NCBI GenBank assembly: GCA_023229845.1
Contig: JALNYK010000008.1
Location: 13,781-77,780, forward strand
From: Gallionella sp.
Lineage (GTDB): Bacteria > Pseudomonadota > Gammaproteobacteria > Burkholderiales > Gallionellaceae
Reading direction: 5' to 3'
DNA: 64,000 nt
The notes below the pieces were generated by a model. That model was given only the letters and a program-made list of their open reading frames with translations, did not search any database and was not told where the DNA came from. Positions 9,031 through 17,479 of this stretch are shown piece after piece; within the stretch, counting starts at the first letter, position 1, and each line of letters opens with the position of its first letter. The translations under genes were made by a program, and so were the position numbers.

Positions 9031-10286
9031 AATTCTTCTCCCAACAAACGTTCGATCTCGGCCAGCCGCAGTTGCGCATCCACCTGCGCCTTGAGCAGTT
9101 GCTGTTTCGCCTTCAGGATTTGCCGTTGCGCCTCGATCAGCATCGCGAACTCCACCCTGCCGGTTTCGTAGCCCGCGAGCGCGGACTGGTAGGTCAGCTC
9201 GCTCTGCGGCAACAATCGCGTCGCCGCCAGCGACTCGGTGCGGCGCGCCGTCTCCAGCCCGTACAGGCTCTCGGACAACTCGGCCAATGTCTGGTTGAGC
9301 AGTGCTTCCTTGCGCGCGCCGGATGCGGCCAGCAGCGATTCCGCCTCGCGCTCCTGCGAACGGCGCGACTCCTGCTGCAGCGGGATGTTGAATTCGACCA
9401 TCAGGTCCCAACTCTTTACGGAACTGCCGGACTGGGTGGGGGCGACGCCCAGCGTGAAGCCGGGATAGCGATTGAGCTGAACGAGGTCGCGGCTTTTTTC
9501 GGCGGACTGGATCTGCGCCTCGGCGATCTGCAACTGCGGGTTGCGCGCGCGCAGCTTCTGCTCCAGAAACGAATAGTCCAGTTGGGCTGCGGCAGGCAAT
9601 CGCCGCAGTTGCGACGGCTCAGCCAGTTCCGCCATCGCGGGGCGCGACAGCAGGCCATTCAACCAGCTTTGCTGGTGATGCCGTTCGTTCTCCAGTTCCA
9701 GCAACTCGGCGCGCAAGCCGGTCTGCTCGACCTGCACGCGGATGACATCCTGCTGCGCGCCGAGTCCGTGGGCATAGCGCGTCTGCGCGATCTGCTCCAG
9801 CGTGGCCAGCAATTCCAGCGTCTGCCGCGCCAGCCGTTCGCTGCCGGACAGATAGTAGTAGCTGGCATAGCCAGTCTTGATCCGGGTAGCCAGTTCTGTC
9901 CAGGTCGCGGCGACTTGGCCGTCGGCCTGCTGGGCCTGCGCCTCGGCCACCTCGCGCTGCAAACCGCGCTTGCCGAACCAGGGCACGCTCTGCATCAGCA
10001 GATAGCGCGTACCGCCCACTTCGGACGGCCACAGGCTGGGGGGCTGGTCCGTCCCCTGATTGGTGACATCCATCAGTTCGGCGCGCAACACCGGGTCGGG
10101 CAATGCGCCGGCAGGCTGCACGCGCTGCAGCGCGGCGTCCGCTTCATGGCGCATCGCCGCCAGTTCGGGATTGTGTTCGCGCGCATAAGCCAGCAAGCCG
10201 GCGACATCGCTGCCCAACTCGGCGGCGACGGCCGGAATCGGGCCGAGCAGCATGCCGGCGAGCAGGTAAATCGGTATTCGTTTCAT
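9027..10286 (-). CDS. cusC: Outer-membrane efflux channel, TolC/CusC family
   Basis: 419 aa with a signal peptide and two coiled-coil/beta-barrel repeats typical of OMF proteins. First structural gene of the cusCBA order. Confidence 0.9.
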   Translation of the reverse strand: MKRIPIYLLAGMLLGPIPAVAAELGSDVAGLLAYAREHNPELAAMRHEADAALQRVQPAGALPDPVLRAELMDVTNQGTDQPPSLWPSEVGGTRYLLMQSVPWFGKRGLQREVAEAQAQQADGQVAATWTELATRIKTGYASYYYLSGSERLARQTLELLATLEQIAQTRYAHGLGAQQDVIRVQVEQTGLRAELLELENERHHQQSWLNGLLSRPAMAELAEPSQLRRLPAAAQLDYSFLEQKLRARNPQLQIAEAQIQSAEKSRDLVQLNRYPGFTLGVAPTQSGSSVKSWDLMVEFNIPLQQESRRSQEREAESLLAASGARKEALLNQTLAELSESLYGLETARRTESLAATRLLPQSELTYQSALAGYETGRVEFAMLIEAQRQILKAKQQLLKAQVDAQLRLAEIERLLGEEL

Positions 10287-10342
10287 GATCCGTTCCTCGC
10301 GTTAACTTGAAACTCGCGTAGCGATTCGTTTGCCTGGCTGCG

Positions 10343-10390
10343 CCCCCCTCGCTTCGCTCTCCCGCTTGCGGGAGAGGAGTGAGGTGAGGG
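10343..10390. repeat. Palindromic repeat of the CTCTCCCGCTTGCGGGAGAG family
   Basis: Reads cccccctcgcttcgCTCTCCCGCTTGCGGGAGAGgagtgaggtgaggg. Related copies are at 35610-35770 and 47017-47063. Confidence 0.8.
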
Positions 10391-10538
10391 AAACGGGTGT
10401 GGCAAGTCTCATAATCAGGGGGAGATGCTTGCCATGCCCGTTGATTCCATCGGACGGACGCGATGCGGCCGCCGAACGATGCGGAACGAGGTCAGTGACT
10501 AAATCGGATTACGAAACAGCAGACGGACTCGTCCCGCG

Positions 10539-10934
10539 TCAGGCGCGAACGAGAGGCGGAGGAACCAGCGGAATGGAGGTAATGGAATGGAACGAAACGG
10601 TATACGGAGTCGTTGCGGCAACGGCTTGCTGCATATCCGGAGCGGCGAGACCCGGCACGGCCAGATAACCGCTGCATGCCAGATGGCAAACGCCGCAGGC
10701 ATTGCAGGATGAGTCCGTCTGATCTTGTACGGCCGGATGATCATGCGATGCAGCCTGATCCATCGCCGCATCGTGGTGATGCATGGACATGTCCTCGTCG
10801 TGCTGCATGGCCGCCTGATGGCAGGAGCCCTGCTGAGCCTGCATCGCCAGCGAAGCCGCGAGTGCGCTGCCGCCGGACAGCGGCAGCCACAGCAGCATCA
10901 GTACGGCAATAAATTTTCTGGACAGGTTGGACAT
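10539..10934 (-). CDS. Small secreted His/Met/Cys-rich protein leading the cus operon
   Basis: Start at MSNLSRKFIAVLMLLWLPLSGGSALA (signal peptide). Contains a MQHDEDMSMHHHDAAMDQAASHDHP tract and a CNACGVCHLAC motif. Family not recognised with certainty. Confidence 0.5.
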   Translation of the reverse strand: MSNLSRKFIAVLMLLWLPLSGGSALAASLAMQAQQGSCHQAAMQHDEDMSMHHHDAAMDQAASHDHPAVQDQTDSSCNACGVCHLACSGYLAVPGLAAPDMQQAVAATTPYTVSFHSITSIPLVPPPLVRA

Positions 10935-11001
10935 GTGTGTAGCTTGGCAAACTCGACGAATTCTGTCAAATAAAGAACGGCAAATTACCCAAAACACCGC
11001 A

Positions 11002-11481
11002 TCAATCCGATGCATCTTCCAGCCGCAGCACCTGGGCTATCACATCGAAGCCGAAACCACGCGACTGCAGGAAACGCATCTGCCGCGCCTTCTCTTTCGC
11101 ATCCTGCGGCGGAACGCCGAACTTCTTGCGCCAGACCTCGCGCGCCGTTTGCAGTTCGGACTCCCTCAGTTCCGGCAATGCCCCGGCGATCAGTGTCTCG
11201 TCTATGCCGCGCTGGCGCAGTTCATGGGTGATGCGCTGGGTGCCGTAGCGGCCACGCTTGGCGTGCAGCAGTTGGGTCGCGGCACGTTGGTCGGACAGCC
11301 AGCCGCGTTGCGTCAGGTCGTCCAGCAGCGCATCGATATCCGGCGTCGATGCGCTATCGAATTCCTCATCGGCCTGAACATGCGGCAGCAGCTTGGCGCG
11401 CAGTTCGGCGCGGCTGTATTCGCGGCGCGCCAGATATTGCAGGGCGCGTGTGCGCAGGCTTATTTCAGGCTTTTTCCTCAC
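11002..11481 (-). CDS. recX: RecA regulator RecX
   Basis: 159 aa immediately downstream of recA. Carries the ALQYLARREYSRAELRAKL and RGFGFDVI motifs of RecX. Confidence 0.9.
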   Translation of the reverse strand: MRKKPEISLRTRALQYLARREYSRAELRAKLLPHVQADEEFDSASTPDIDALLDDLTQRGWLSDQRAATQLLHAKRGRYGTQRITHELRQRGIDETLIAGALPELRESELQTAREVWRKKFGVPPQDAKEKARQMRFLQSRGFGFDVIAQVLRLEDASD

Positions 11482-11517
11482 CCGCGCACCCGGACATAAC
11501 CAGCGATTTGACGGAAG

Positions 11518-12579
11518 TTATTCGGCTGCGTCCTTCGCAGCCGACTTGCCCGCCGCCTTGGTCTTGGTCTTTTCACCGCCATCGAGCAGCGCCACGCCCA
11601 GTGCTTCGCGCACCCTGTTCTCGATCTCGAAAGCGATTTCCGGATGCTCGCGCAGGTATTCGCGCGCGTTGTCCTTGCCCTGGCCGATCTTCTCTCCCTT
11701 GTAGCTGTACCAGGCGCCGGATTTCTCGACCAGCTTGTGCTGCACGCCCAGCTCGATGACCTCGCCCTCGCGCGAAATGCCCTCGCCGTACAGGATGTCG
11801 AACATCGCCTCGCGGAACGGCGGAGCGACCTTGTTCTTCACGACCTTGACGCGGGTCTCGTTGCCGATAACCTCGTCGCCCTTCTTGATCGCGCCGATGC
11901 GGCGAATGTCGAGGCGCACCGAGGCGTAGAACTTCAGCGCGTTGCCGCCGGTGGTGGTCTCCGGGTTGCCGAACATCACGCCGATCTTCATGCGAATCTG
12001 GTTGATGAAGATCACCAGCGTGTTGGAACGCTTGATGTTCGCGGTCAACTTGCGCAGCGCCTGCGACATCAATCGGGCGTGCAGGCCCATCTGCGCGTCG
12101 CCCATCTCGCCTTCGATCTCGGCCTTGGGCGTGAGCGCGGCGACCGAGTCGATCACGACGACGTCCACGGAAGAGGAGCGCACCAGCATGTCGGCGATCT
12201 CCAGCGCCTGCTCGCCGTTGTCCGGCTGGGAGATCAGCAGGTCTTCGACTTTCACGCCCAGCTTCTGCGCGTATTGCGGGTCAAGCGCGTGTTCCGCGTC
12301 GATGAAGGCCGCGGTGCCGCCCAGCTTCTGCATTTCGGCGATGACTTGCAGCGTCAGCGTGGTCTTGCCGGAAGATTCCGGGCCGTAGATCTCGACGACA
12401 CGGCCGCGCGGCAGGCCGCCGACCCCCAGCGCGATGTCGAGGCCCAGCGAACCGGTGGAAACCACCTGGATGTCCTTCGCGACGTCGCTCTCGCCTAGGC
12501 GCATGATCGAGCCCTTGCCGAATTGTTTTTCGATCTGGCTCAGTGCCGCCGCGAGTGCCTTGCTCTTGTTGTCGTCCAT
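11518..12579 (-). CDS. recA: Recombinase RecA
   Basis: 353 aa. Contains [19 protein letters not shown], Walker [10 protein letters not shown] and the conserved core of RecA. Confidence 0.98.
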   Translation of the reverse strand: MDDNKSKALAAALSQIEKQFGKGSIMRLGESDVAKDIQVVSTGSLGLDIALGVGGLPRGRVVEIYGPESSGKTTLTLQVIAEMQKLGGTAAFIDAEHALDPQYAQKLGVKVEDLLISQPDNGEQALEIADMLVRSSSVDVVVIDSVAALTPKAEIEGEMGDAQMGLHARLMSQALRKLTANIKRSNTLVIFINQIRMKIGVMFGNPETTTGGNALKFYASVRLDIRRIGAIKKGDEVIGNETRVKVVKNKVAPPFREAMFDILYGEGISREGEVIELGVQHKLVEKSGAWYSYKGEKIGQGKDNAREYLREHPEIAFEIENRVREALGVALLDGGEKTKTKAAGKSAAKDAAE

Positions 12580-12636
12580 GTTTGTCCCCTTTCAAAAAAT
12601 GTGGCCGGATTGTGGCACATCGTTTTTAATTTGTAC

Positions 12637-12650
12637 AGAACGTTCGTTCT
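12637..12650. promoter_or_regulatory. Perfect palindrome AGAACG-TT-CGTTCT (GAAC-N4-GTTC type) about 58 nt upstream of recA; possible SOS/LexA-like operator
   Basis: Read directly from the sequence. I found no CTGT-N8-ACAG box in the 100 nt upstream of recA. Confidence 0.3.
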
Positions 12651-12675
12651 CTTTTTTATTCGGACAAAAACAACT

Positions 12676-12804
12676 GTCCACGAAAGTCACGAAAAACACG
12701 AAAAGATTCATACGCATGCCACAACCAGAGGCATCTCGATGCCTAAACCAACCTATCTCTATAAGGAACAGGTTTGTTTCGTGCCTTTCGTGTTTTTCGT
12801 GGAC
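12676..12804. repeat. MITE-like element with terminal inverted repeats built from CACGAAA heptamers (copy 1)
   Basis: The left arm is GTCCACGAAAGTCACGAAAAACACGAAAAG. The right arm is TTTCGTGCCTTTCGTGTTTTTCGTGGAC. The element is 129 bp. A second copy of the same size lies at 38478-38607. Confidence 0.8.
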
Positions 12805-12811
12805 AAAGGGT

Positions 12812-13303
12812 CTATGCAGTTTCCGTGCGCTGCCCCAGCAACTCCACCACCCCTTGCAGCGCGATGCGCATCGCCTTGACGCGGACTTCGGCGCGGTTGC
12901 CGTCCAGCCTGTGCATGCGCGAGAAGGCGTAACCGTCGCGCAAAGCCCAGGCGAACCAGACCGTGCCGACCGGCTTGTCCGGCGTGCCGCCGTCCGGCCC
13001 GGCGATGCCGCTGACCGCCAGCGAAACTTGCGCATTGCTTTGCCGCAACGCGCCCGCGGCCATCTCGCGCACCACCGCTTCGGACACCGCGCCGTGCCGC
13101 TGCAGCGTCTCTTCACTGACGCCCAGCATCTGCTGTTTGGAGAGATTCGAATAGGTGATGAAACCGCGCTCGAACCAAGCCGAACTGCCCGCCACCTCGG
13201 TGACCGCATAGGCGACGCCGCCGCCGGTGCAGGACTCCGCGGTCGCGAGCATCAGGCCGTGGGACTTCAGCAGCCCGCCGATTTGTGCGGAGAGAATATC
13301 CAT
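12812..13303 (-). CDS. pncC: Nicotinamide-nucleotide amidohydrolase (CinA C-terminal domain, PncC)
   Basis: 163 aa. ATAESCTGGGVA and VSGIAGPDGG are CinA/PncC signatures. Confidence 0.9.
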   Translation of the reverse strand: MDILSAQIGGLLKSHGLMLATAESCTGGGVAYAVTEVAGSSAWFERGFITYSNLSKQQMLGVSEETLQRHGAVSEAVVREMAAGALRQSNAQVSLAVSGIAGPDGGTPDKPVGTVWFAWALRDGYAFSRMHRLDGNRAEVRVKAMRIALQGVVELLGQRTETA

Positions 13304-13317
13304 CGTCGTTCCGTATC

Positions 13318-13415
13318 GTAGGGGCGCGATTTATCGCGCCCTGTGGTTTTATATCGGGATTGGGCGCGATACCCAAAGGGTACAAGAACCTCTTCGAGGT
13401 GAATCGCGCCCCTAC
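13318..13415. repeat. REP doublet, GTAGGGGCGCGAT type
   Basis: GTAGGGGCGCGATTTATCGCGCCC ... GAATCGCGCCCCTAC. The last arm supplies the TAG stop of metZ (13412-13414). Confidence 0.8.
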
Positions 13416-14587
13416 GCCAATCCGCGTGCCAAATCGTTCTCGATGTCCACGACCGCCTCCAGCCCGACCGCGATGCGGATCAGGCCGTCGGTGATGCCCG
13501 CGGCGGCGCGCGCCTCGGGTGTGATGCGCGCATGGGTCGTGGTCGCCGGATGGGTGATCGTCGTGCGCGTGTCGCCGAGGTTGGCGGTGATCGAGATCAT
13601 CTTCGTGCTGTCGATCAGACGCCAGGCCGCATCTTTGCCTCCCTTGACCTCGAACGACACGATGCCGCCGCCGGTCTTTTGCTGCTGCATCGCCAGTGCA
13701 TGTTGAGGATGCGACGGCAGGCCTGGATAGAACACGCGCGCGACGCCGGGCTGCGCTTCCAGCCAGCGCGCCAGTTCCAGTGCGCCGGCCGAGTGCGCGT
13801 CCATGCGTATTTTCAGCGTCTCCATGCCCTTCAGGAATATCCAGGCGTTGAACGCGCTCATCGTCGGGCCCGCGGTGCGCAGGAATCCGTACACGCCTTC
13901 CATGTTCTTTTTGCTGCCCAGCACCGCGCCGCCCAGCACCCTGCCCTGCCCGTCAAGATATTTGGTCGCGGAATGGATCACGAAGTCCGCGCCCAGTTCC
14001 AATGGCCTTTGCAGGATGGGTGTGCAGAAGCAGTTGTCCACCGCCAGCAGCGCGCCGCAGCCTTTGGCGACCGCGGCAATCGCCGCGATGTCGGAGATTT
14101 CGGTCAGCGGGTTCGATGGCGTCTCCAGGAAGAACAGCTTCGTGTTCGGACGCACCGCGGCCTGCCACTCGGCGACATCGGTCGCGGAGACATAGGTCGT
14201 CTCGACGCCGAACTTCTTGATGATGTTGTTGAACAGGTTGACCGTCGCGCCGAACAGGCTGCGCGAGGCGACGACATGGTCGCCCGCCTTCAGCACGCCC
14301 ATCACGCACGCGAGAATCGCCGACATGCCGGATGAGGTCGCGACACATTGCTCCGCGCCTTCCATCGCCGCGAGACGCTCTTCGAACATCGTCACGGTCG
14401 GATTGGTGAACCGCGCGTAGATGTTGCCCGGCTCCTCGCCGATGAAGCGGCGCGCGGCCTGCGCCGCATTGTCGAAGGTGAAGCTGGAGGTCAGGAACAG
14501 CGCCTCGCTGTGTTCGTGGAACTGGCTCTGCACCGAGCCCGCGCGTATCGCCAGCGTCTCCGGCTGGTATTGGTCTTGATCTGACAT
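13412..14587 (-). CDS. metZ: O-succinylhomoserine sulfhydrylase
   Basis: 391 aa, Cys/Met-metabolism PLP family. TLAIRAG...SSFTFDNAAQAARRF and SATKYLDGQGR (PLP Lys) are typical of MetZ. Confidence 0.88.
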   Translation of the reverse strand: MSDQDQYQPETLAIRAGSVQSQFHEHSEALFLTSSFTFDNAAQAARRFIGEEPGNIYARFTNPTVTMFEERLAAMEGAEQCVATSSGMSAILACVMGVLKAGDHVVASRSLFGATVNLFNNIIKKFGVETTYVSATDVAEWQAAVRPNTKLFFLETPSNPLTEISDIAAIAAVAKGCGALLAVDNCFCTPILQRPLELGADFVIHSATKYLDGQGRVLGGAVLGSKKNMEGVYGFLRTAGPTMSAFNAWIFLKGMETLKIRMDAHSAGALELARWLEAQPGVARVFYPGLPSHPQHALAMQQQKTGGGIVSFEVKGGKDAAWRLIDSTKMISITANLGDTRTTITHPATTTHARITPEARAAAGITDGLIRIAVGLEAVVDIENDLARGLA

Positions 14588-14603
14588 GATGTCCCCTGAA
14601 ATG

Positions 14604-14636
14604 CAAAAACCCGGAAAGCTTGACGCTAAACCGGGT
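14604..14636 (-). terminator. Rho-independent-type hairpin (ACCCGG...CCGGGU plus U5) between purF and metZ
   Basis: The minus-strand RNA reads GAACCCGGUUUAGCGUCAAGCUUUCCGGGUUUUUGC and ends only about 17 nt before the metZ ATG. Confidence 0.6.
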
Positions 14637-14755
14637 TCACCCTCTTTAGCTGTATTTATTATGCGCCCGCAAGCTGTTCCTCAAATCGGCGCAAACGGAA
14701 AGTAGCACCGGCCTGCACAGCCTGTCAATCCGGCACAGGCCGCACAGCAGGTTCA

Positions 14756-16282
14756 CTACATCGAAGTGACGCTCATCGCCAGATTGAGTTCCATCTGATC
14801 GTCGTCTACAGGCTTGTCTGACTTGCTGGCGCCGCGCGCCGCCTCGATCGCATCCAGGTATTCGGCCGTGATGTCGCCGGTGATGTAGCAACCGTCGAAA
14901 CAGGAGGCATCGAAATCGACGATGGCCGGATTGGCCTTGCGCACCGATGCCTTCAGGTCTTCCAGATCCTGGTAGATGATACCGTCCGCGCCGATCTCGC
15001 GGCATATCTCCTCGTCGCTGCGACCGGTGGCGATCAGTTCTGTGCGGCTGGGCATGTCGATACCGTACACGTTCGGGAAACGCACCGGGGGTGCGGCGGA
15101 GGCGAAGTACACCTTCAGCGCGCCGGCGTCGCGCGCCATCTGCACGATCTCGCGGCTGGTGGTGCCGCGCACGATGGAATCGTCCACCAGCAGCACGTTC
15201 TTGCCCTTGAACTCGACGCCGATCGCGTTCAGCTTCTGGCGCACCGATTTCTTGCGCATCGCCTGTCCCGGCATGATGAAAGTGCGGCCGATGTAGCGGT
15301 TCTTCACGAAGCCTTCGCGGAACGGGATGTCGAGGTGGTTAGCCAGTTGCAGCGCGCTCGGGCGGCTGGAATCGGGGATGGGGATCACCACGTCGATGTC
15401 CACCTCGCTCCAGGTACGCTTGAGCTTCTCGGCCAGATATTCGCCCATGTACAGCCGGCTCTCGTACACCGAAACGCCGTCGATCACCGAGTCCGGGCGC
15501 GCGAAATACACGTATTCGAAGATGCAGGAATTCAGCTTGGCCTTATCGCTGCATTGCTTGCTGTGCAGCTTGCCGTCGAAATCGACGAACACCGCCTCGC
15601 CCGGCGCGACATCGCGCAGAAACTTGAAGCCCAGCGTGTCGAGCGCGACGCTCTCGGAGGCGATCAGGTACTCGGAGCCCTGCGCGGTCTCGTTGACGCC
15701 GATCACCAGCGGGCGGATGCCGTAGATGTCGCGGAACGCCAGCAGGCCATAGCCGGCGATCATCGCGACCACCGCGTACGCGCCCTTGCAGCGCTGGTGC
15801 ACGCCGGACACTGCGGCGAAAATGGTCGGCACGTCCAGACGCAGCCCCTTGGATTTCGATTGCAGTTCGTGCGCCAGCACGTTCAGCAACACTTCCGAAT
15901 CGGAATTGGTGTTGACGTGGCGCAGATCGTCCATGAACAGCTGCTTCTGCAACTCGGCGGTGTTGGTCAGGTTGCCGTTGTGGCCGAGCACGATGCCGAA
16001 CGGCGAATTCACGTAGAACGGCTGCGCCTCGTTGTGGTCCACCGCGGAGCCGGCGGTCGGGTAGCGCACATGCGCGATACCGGCGTTGCCCTTGAGCGCG
16101 CGCATGTTGCGCGTGCGGAACACGTCGCGCACCAAGCCGTTGCCCTTATGCAGGTGGAAGGTGCGCCCCTCCAGCGTGGCGATGCCGGCGGCATCCTGCC
16201 CGCGGTGCTGCAAAACCTGCAGGCCGTCGTACAGCAACTGATTGGCCGGCGTATGCGAAACGACTCCGAGAATGCCACACAT
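14756..16282 (-). CDS. purF: Amidophosphoribosyltransferase
   Basis: 508 aa. MCGILGV N-terminal nucleophile, and a PRT motif [13 protein letters not shown]. Confidence 0.97.
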   Translation of the reverse strand: MCGILGVVSHTPANQLLYDGLQVLQHRGQDAAGIATLEGRTFHLHKGNGLVRDVFRTRNMRALKGNAGIAHVRYPTAGSAVDHNEAQPFYVNSPFGIVLGHNGNLTNTAELQKQLFMDDLRHVNTNSDSEVLLNVLAHELQSKSKGLRLDVPTIFAAVSGVHQRCKGAYAVVAMIAGYGLLAFRDIYGIRPLVIGVNETAQGSEYLIASESVALDTLGFKFLRDVAPGEAVFVDFDGKLHSKQCSDKAKLNSCIFEYVYFARPDSVIDGVSVYESRLYMGEYLAEKLKRTWSEVDIDVVIPIPDSSRPSALQLANHLDIPFREGFVKNRYIGRTFIMPGQAMRKKSVRQKLNAIGVEFKGKNVLLVDDSIVRGTTSREIVQMARDAGALKVYFASAAPPVRFPNVYGIDMPSRTELIATGRSDEEICREIGADGIIYQDLEDLKASVRKANPAIVDFDASCFDGCYITGDITAEYLDAIEAARGASKSDKPVDDDQMELNLAMSVTSM

Positions 16283-16318
16283 GATGTTCTATCCTAAAAA
16301 TTAACCACTCAAAAACTG

Positions 16319-16810
16319 CTAACCGCGTGCGCCGTAACGAATGCGCTGCGCGACGCCGTCAGGCAACCAGCCGCGTGTCCACAAGGCCACATCCTCGGCC
16401 GCCCGGCTGGTCTGCGCATTGCGCCAGAACGGCTGCTCCGGCATGCTCGTCAGCCCGCCCAGCCACACCAGCGCCAGCACCACCAACAATCCGCGCACCA
16501 GCCCGAACACGCCGCCCATCGTCCTATCCAGCCCGCCCAAACCTACCGCTTTCACCAGTCGGGAGAACAGCCACACCAGCACACTCCACAGAATCAGCGC
16601 GGCGACGAACACCGCAGCGTAAGCCATGGCGGTACGCATCGCGCCCTCGCCCGGCATCGCCGGCGCGACGTTGGACGCAAAAAATTTGCTCAACAGAAAC
16701 GCAATCGGCCATCCGGCCAGCGACAGCAACTCGTAAGTCAGCCCGCGCCATACGCCGATAGCCAGCGACGCCGCCAGAATGGCGATGACGGTGTAATCGA
16801 AACCGGTCAT
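16319..16810 (-). CDS. cvpA: Colicin V production membrane protein CvpA
   Basis: 163 aa with 4 TM helices, in the conserved position upstream of purF. Confidence 0.88.
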   Translation of the reverse strand: MTGFDYTVIAILAASLAIGVWRGLTYELLSLAGWPIAFLLSKFFASNVAPAMPGEGAMRTAMAYAAVFVAALILWSVLVWLFSRLVKAVGLGGLDRTMGGVFGLVRGLLVVLALVWLGGLTSMPEQPFWRNAQTSRAAEDVALWTRGWLPDGVAQRIRYGARG

Positions 16811-17469
16811 TTGATGCTGACGATGCTGGGATGCAGCCCATGCTTCTCCAGCAATTTTATGACCTTCTCCGCCTTGACTCGTTCCTCATAAGGCCCGACG
16901 CGGACGCGTATCTTGTTGCCGGCCTTCTCGGTATAGGCCTTGAAGCCCCAGTCCTTCAGCTTGGCAAGTTCCTGTTTTGCGGTATTTGGATTGGAATAGG
17001 CGCCGACCTGGGCGGCGTAGGTGACGGCCTTGTCTTCTTTCTTGGCCGAGCCGGCTGCGGGCGCGGGGGCTGCCTGGACTGCAGATTTGGATTCGGCAGA
17101 TTTGGATTCGGCAGATTTGGATTCGGCGGGCTTGGATTCGGCGGGTTCGGCCGCCTTGGGCACGGCGACGCTAACGACGGCGGAGGTCGCGGCCGGCTCG
17201 GAAACCGCGGCGACGGCGGATGCCACAACGACGGCGGAGACGGGCAGCGCCACCGGAACCTCGGAGATCGCGACGTTAGTCACGAACTCGCCGGCCTTCT
17301 CGGGCGAGGGGATGCGCAGATCGATGTCCTGACCGGTCGGTTTGGGCTGGCTTTCCAGCACCATGGGCAGGATCACCACCACCGCCAGCGTCAGCGCAAT
17401 CGCACCGATCAGGCGGCGGCGAGCCTTGCGTCTCAGGTTCAGTTCGTCGTCTGTCAGCTCTTTGGCCAT
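16807..17469 (-). CDS. SPOR-domain cell-division protein (DedD-like)
   Basis: Start at MAKELTDDELNLRRKARRRLIGAIAL. One TM helix, a low-complexity linker and a C-terminal SPOR domain (AQVGAYSNPNTAKQELAKLKDWGFKAY...RVRVGPY). Confidence 0.8.
   Translation of the reverse strand: MAKELTDDELNLRRKARRRLIGAIALTLAVVVILPMVLESQPKPTGQDIDLRIPSPEKAGEFVTNVAISEVPVALPVSAVVVASAVAAVSEPAATSAVVSVAVPKAAEPAESKPAESKSAESKSAESKSAVQAAPAPAAGSAKKEDKAVTYAAQVGAYSNPNTAKQELAKLKDWGFKAYTEKAGNKIRVRVGPYEERVKAEKVIKLLEKHGLHPSIVSIK
17081..17140. repeat. 15-bp tandem repeat (GCAGATTTGGATTCG x3 plus one degenerate unit) encoding (S/P)AESK repeats in the SPOR protein linker
   Basis: Read directly from the sequence. The protein shows PAESKPAESKSAESKSAESKSA. 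Confidence 0.85.
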
Positions 17470-17479
17470 GCCACTATCC

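Noticed and set aside
9031-9411. N-terminal extensions of ORFs: cusB to 9411, trpA ORF to 21848, iorB ORF to 38557, folC to 18778, xdhC to 39612
   Set aside because: Canonical N-termini with RBS or ATGA-type coupling lie at internal start codons. The extensions overlap upstream genes or REP elements and look like noise.
9027-10286. TolC-family gene as the missing T1SS outer-membrane component for the RTX proteins
   Set aside because: It is translationally coupled to cusB within the cusCBA operon, 40 kb away from the RTX genes. No ABC or MFP T1SS genes are present in the window.
17081-17140. Tandem repeats and REP doublets considered as possible CRISPR arrays
   Set aside because: There is no alternation of conserved repeats with unique spacers of 25-40 nt. 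The units are 15 bp and contiguous, or are isolated inverted pairs. No cas genes lie in the window.
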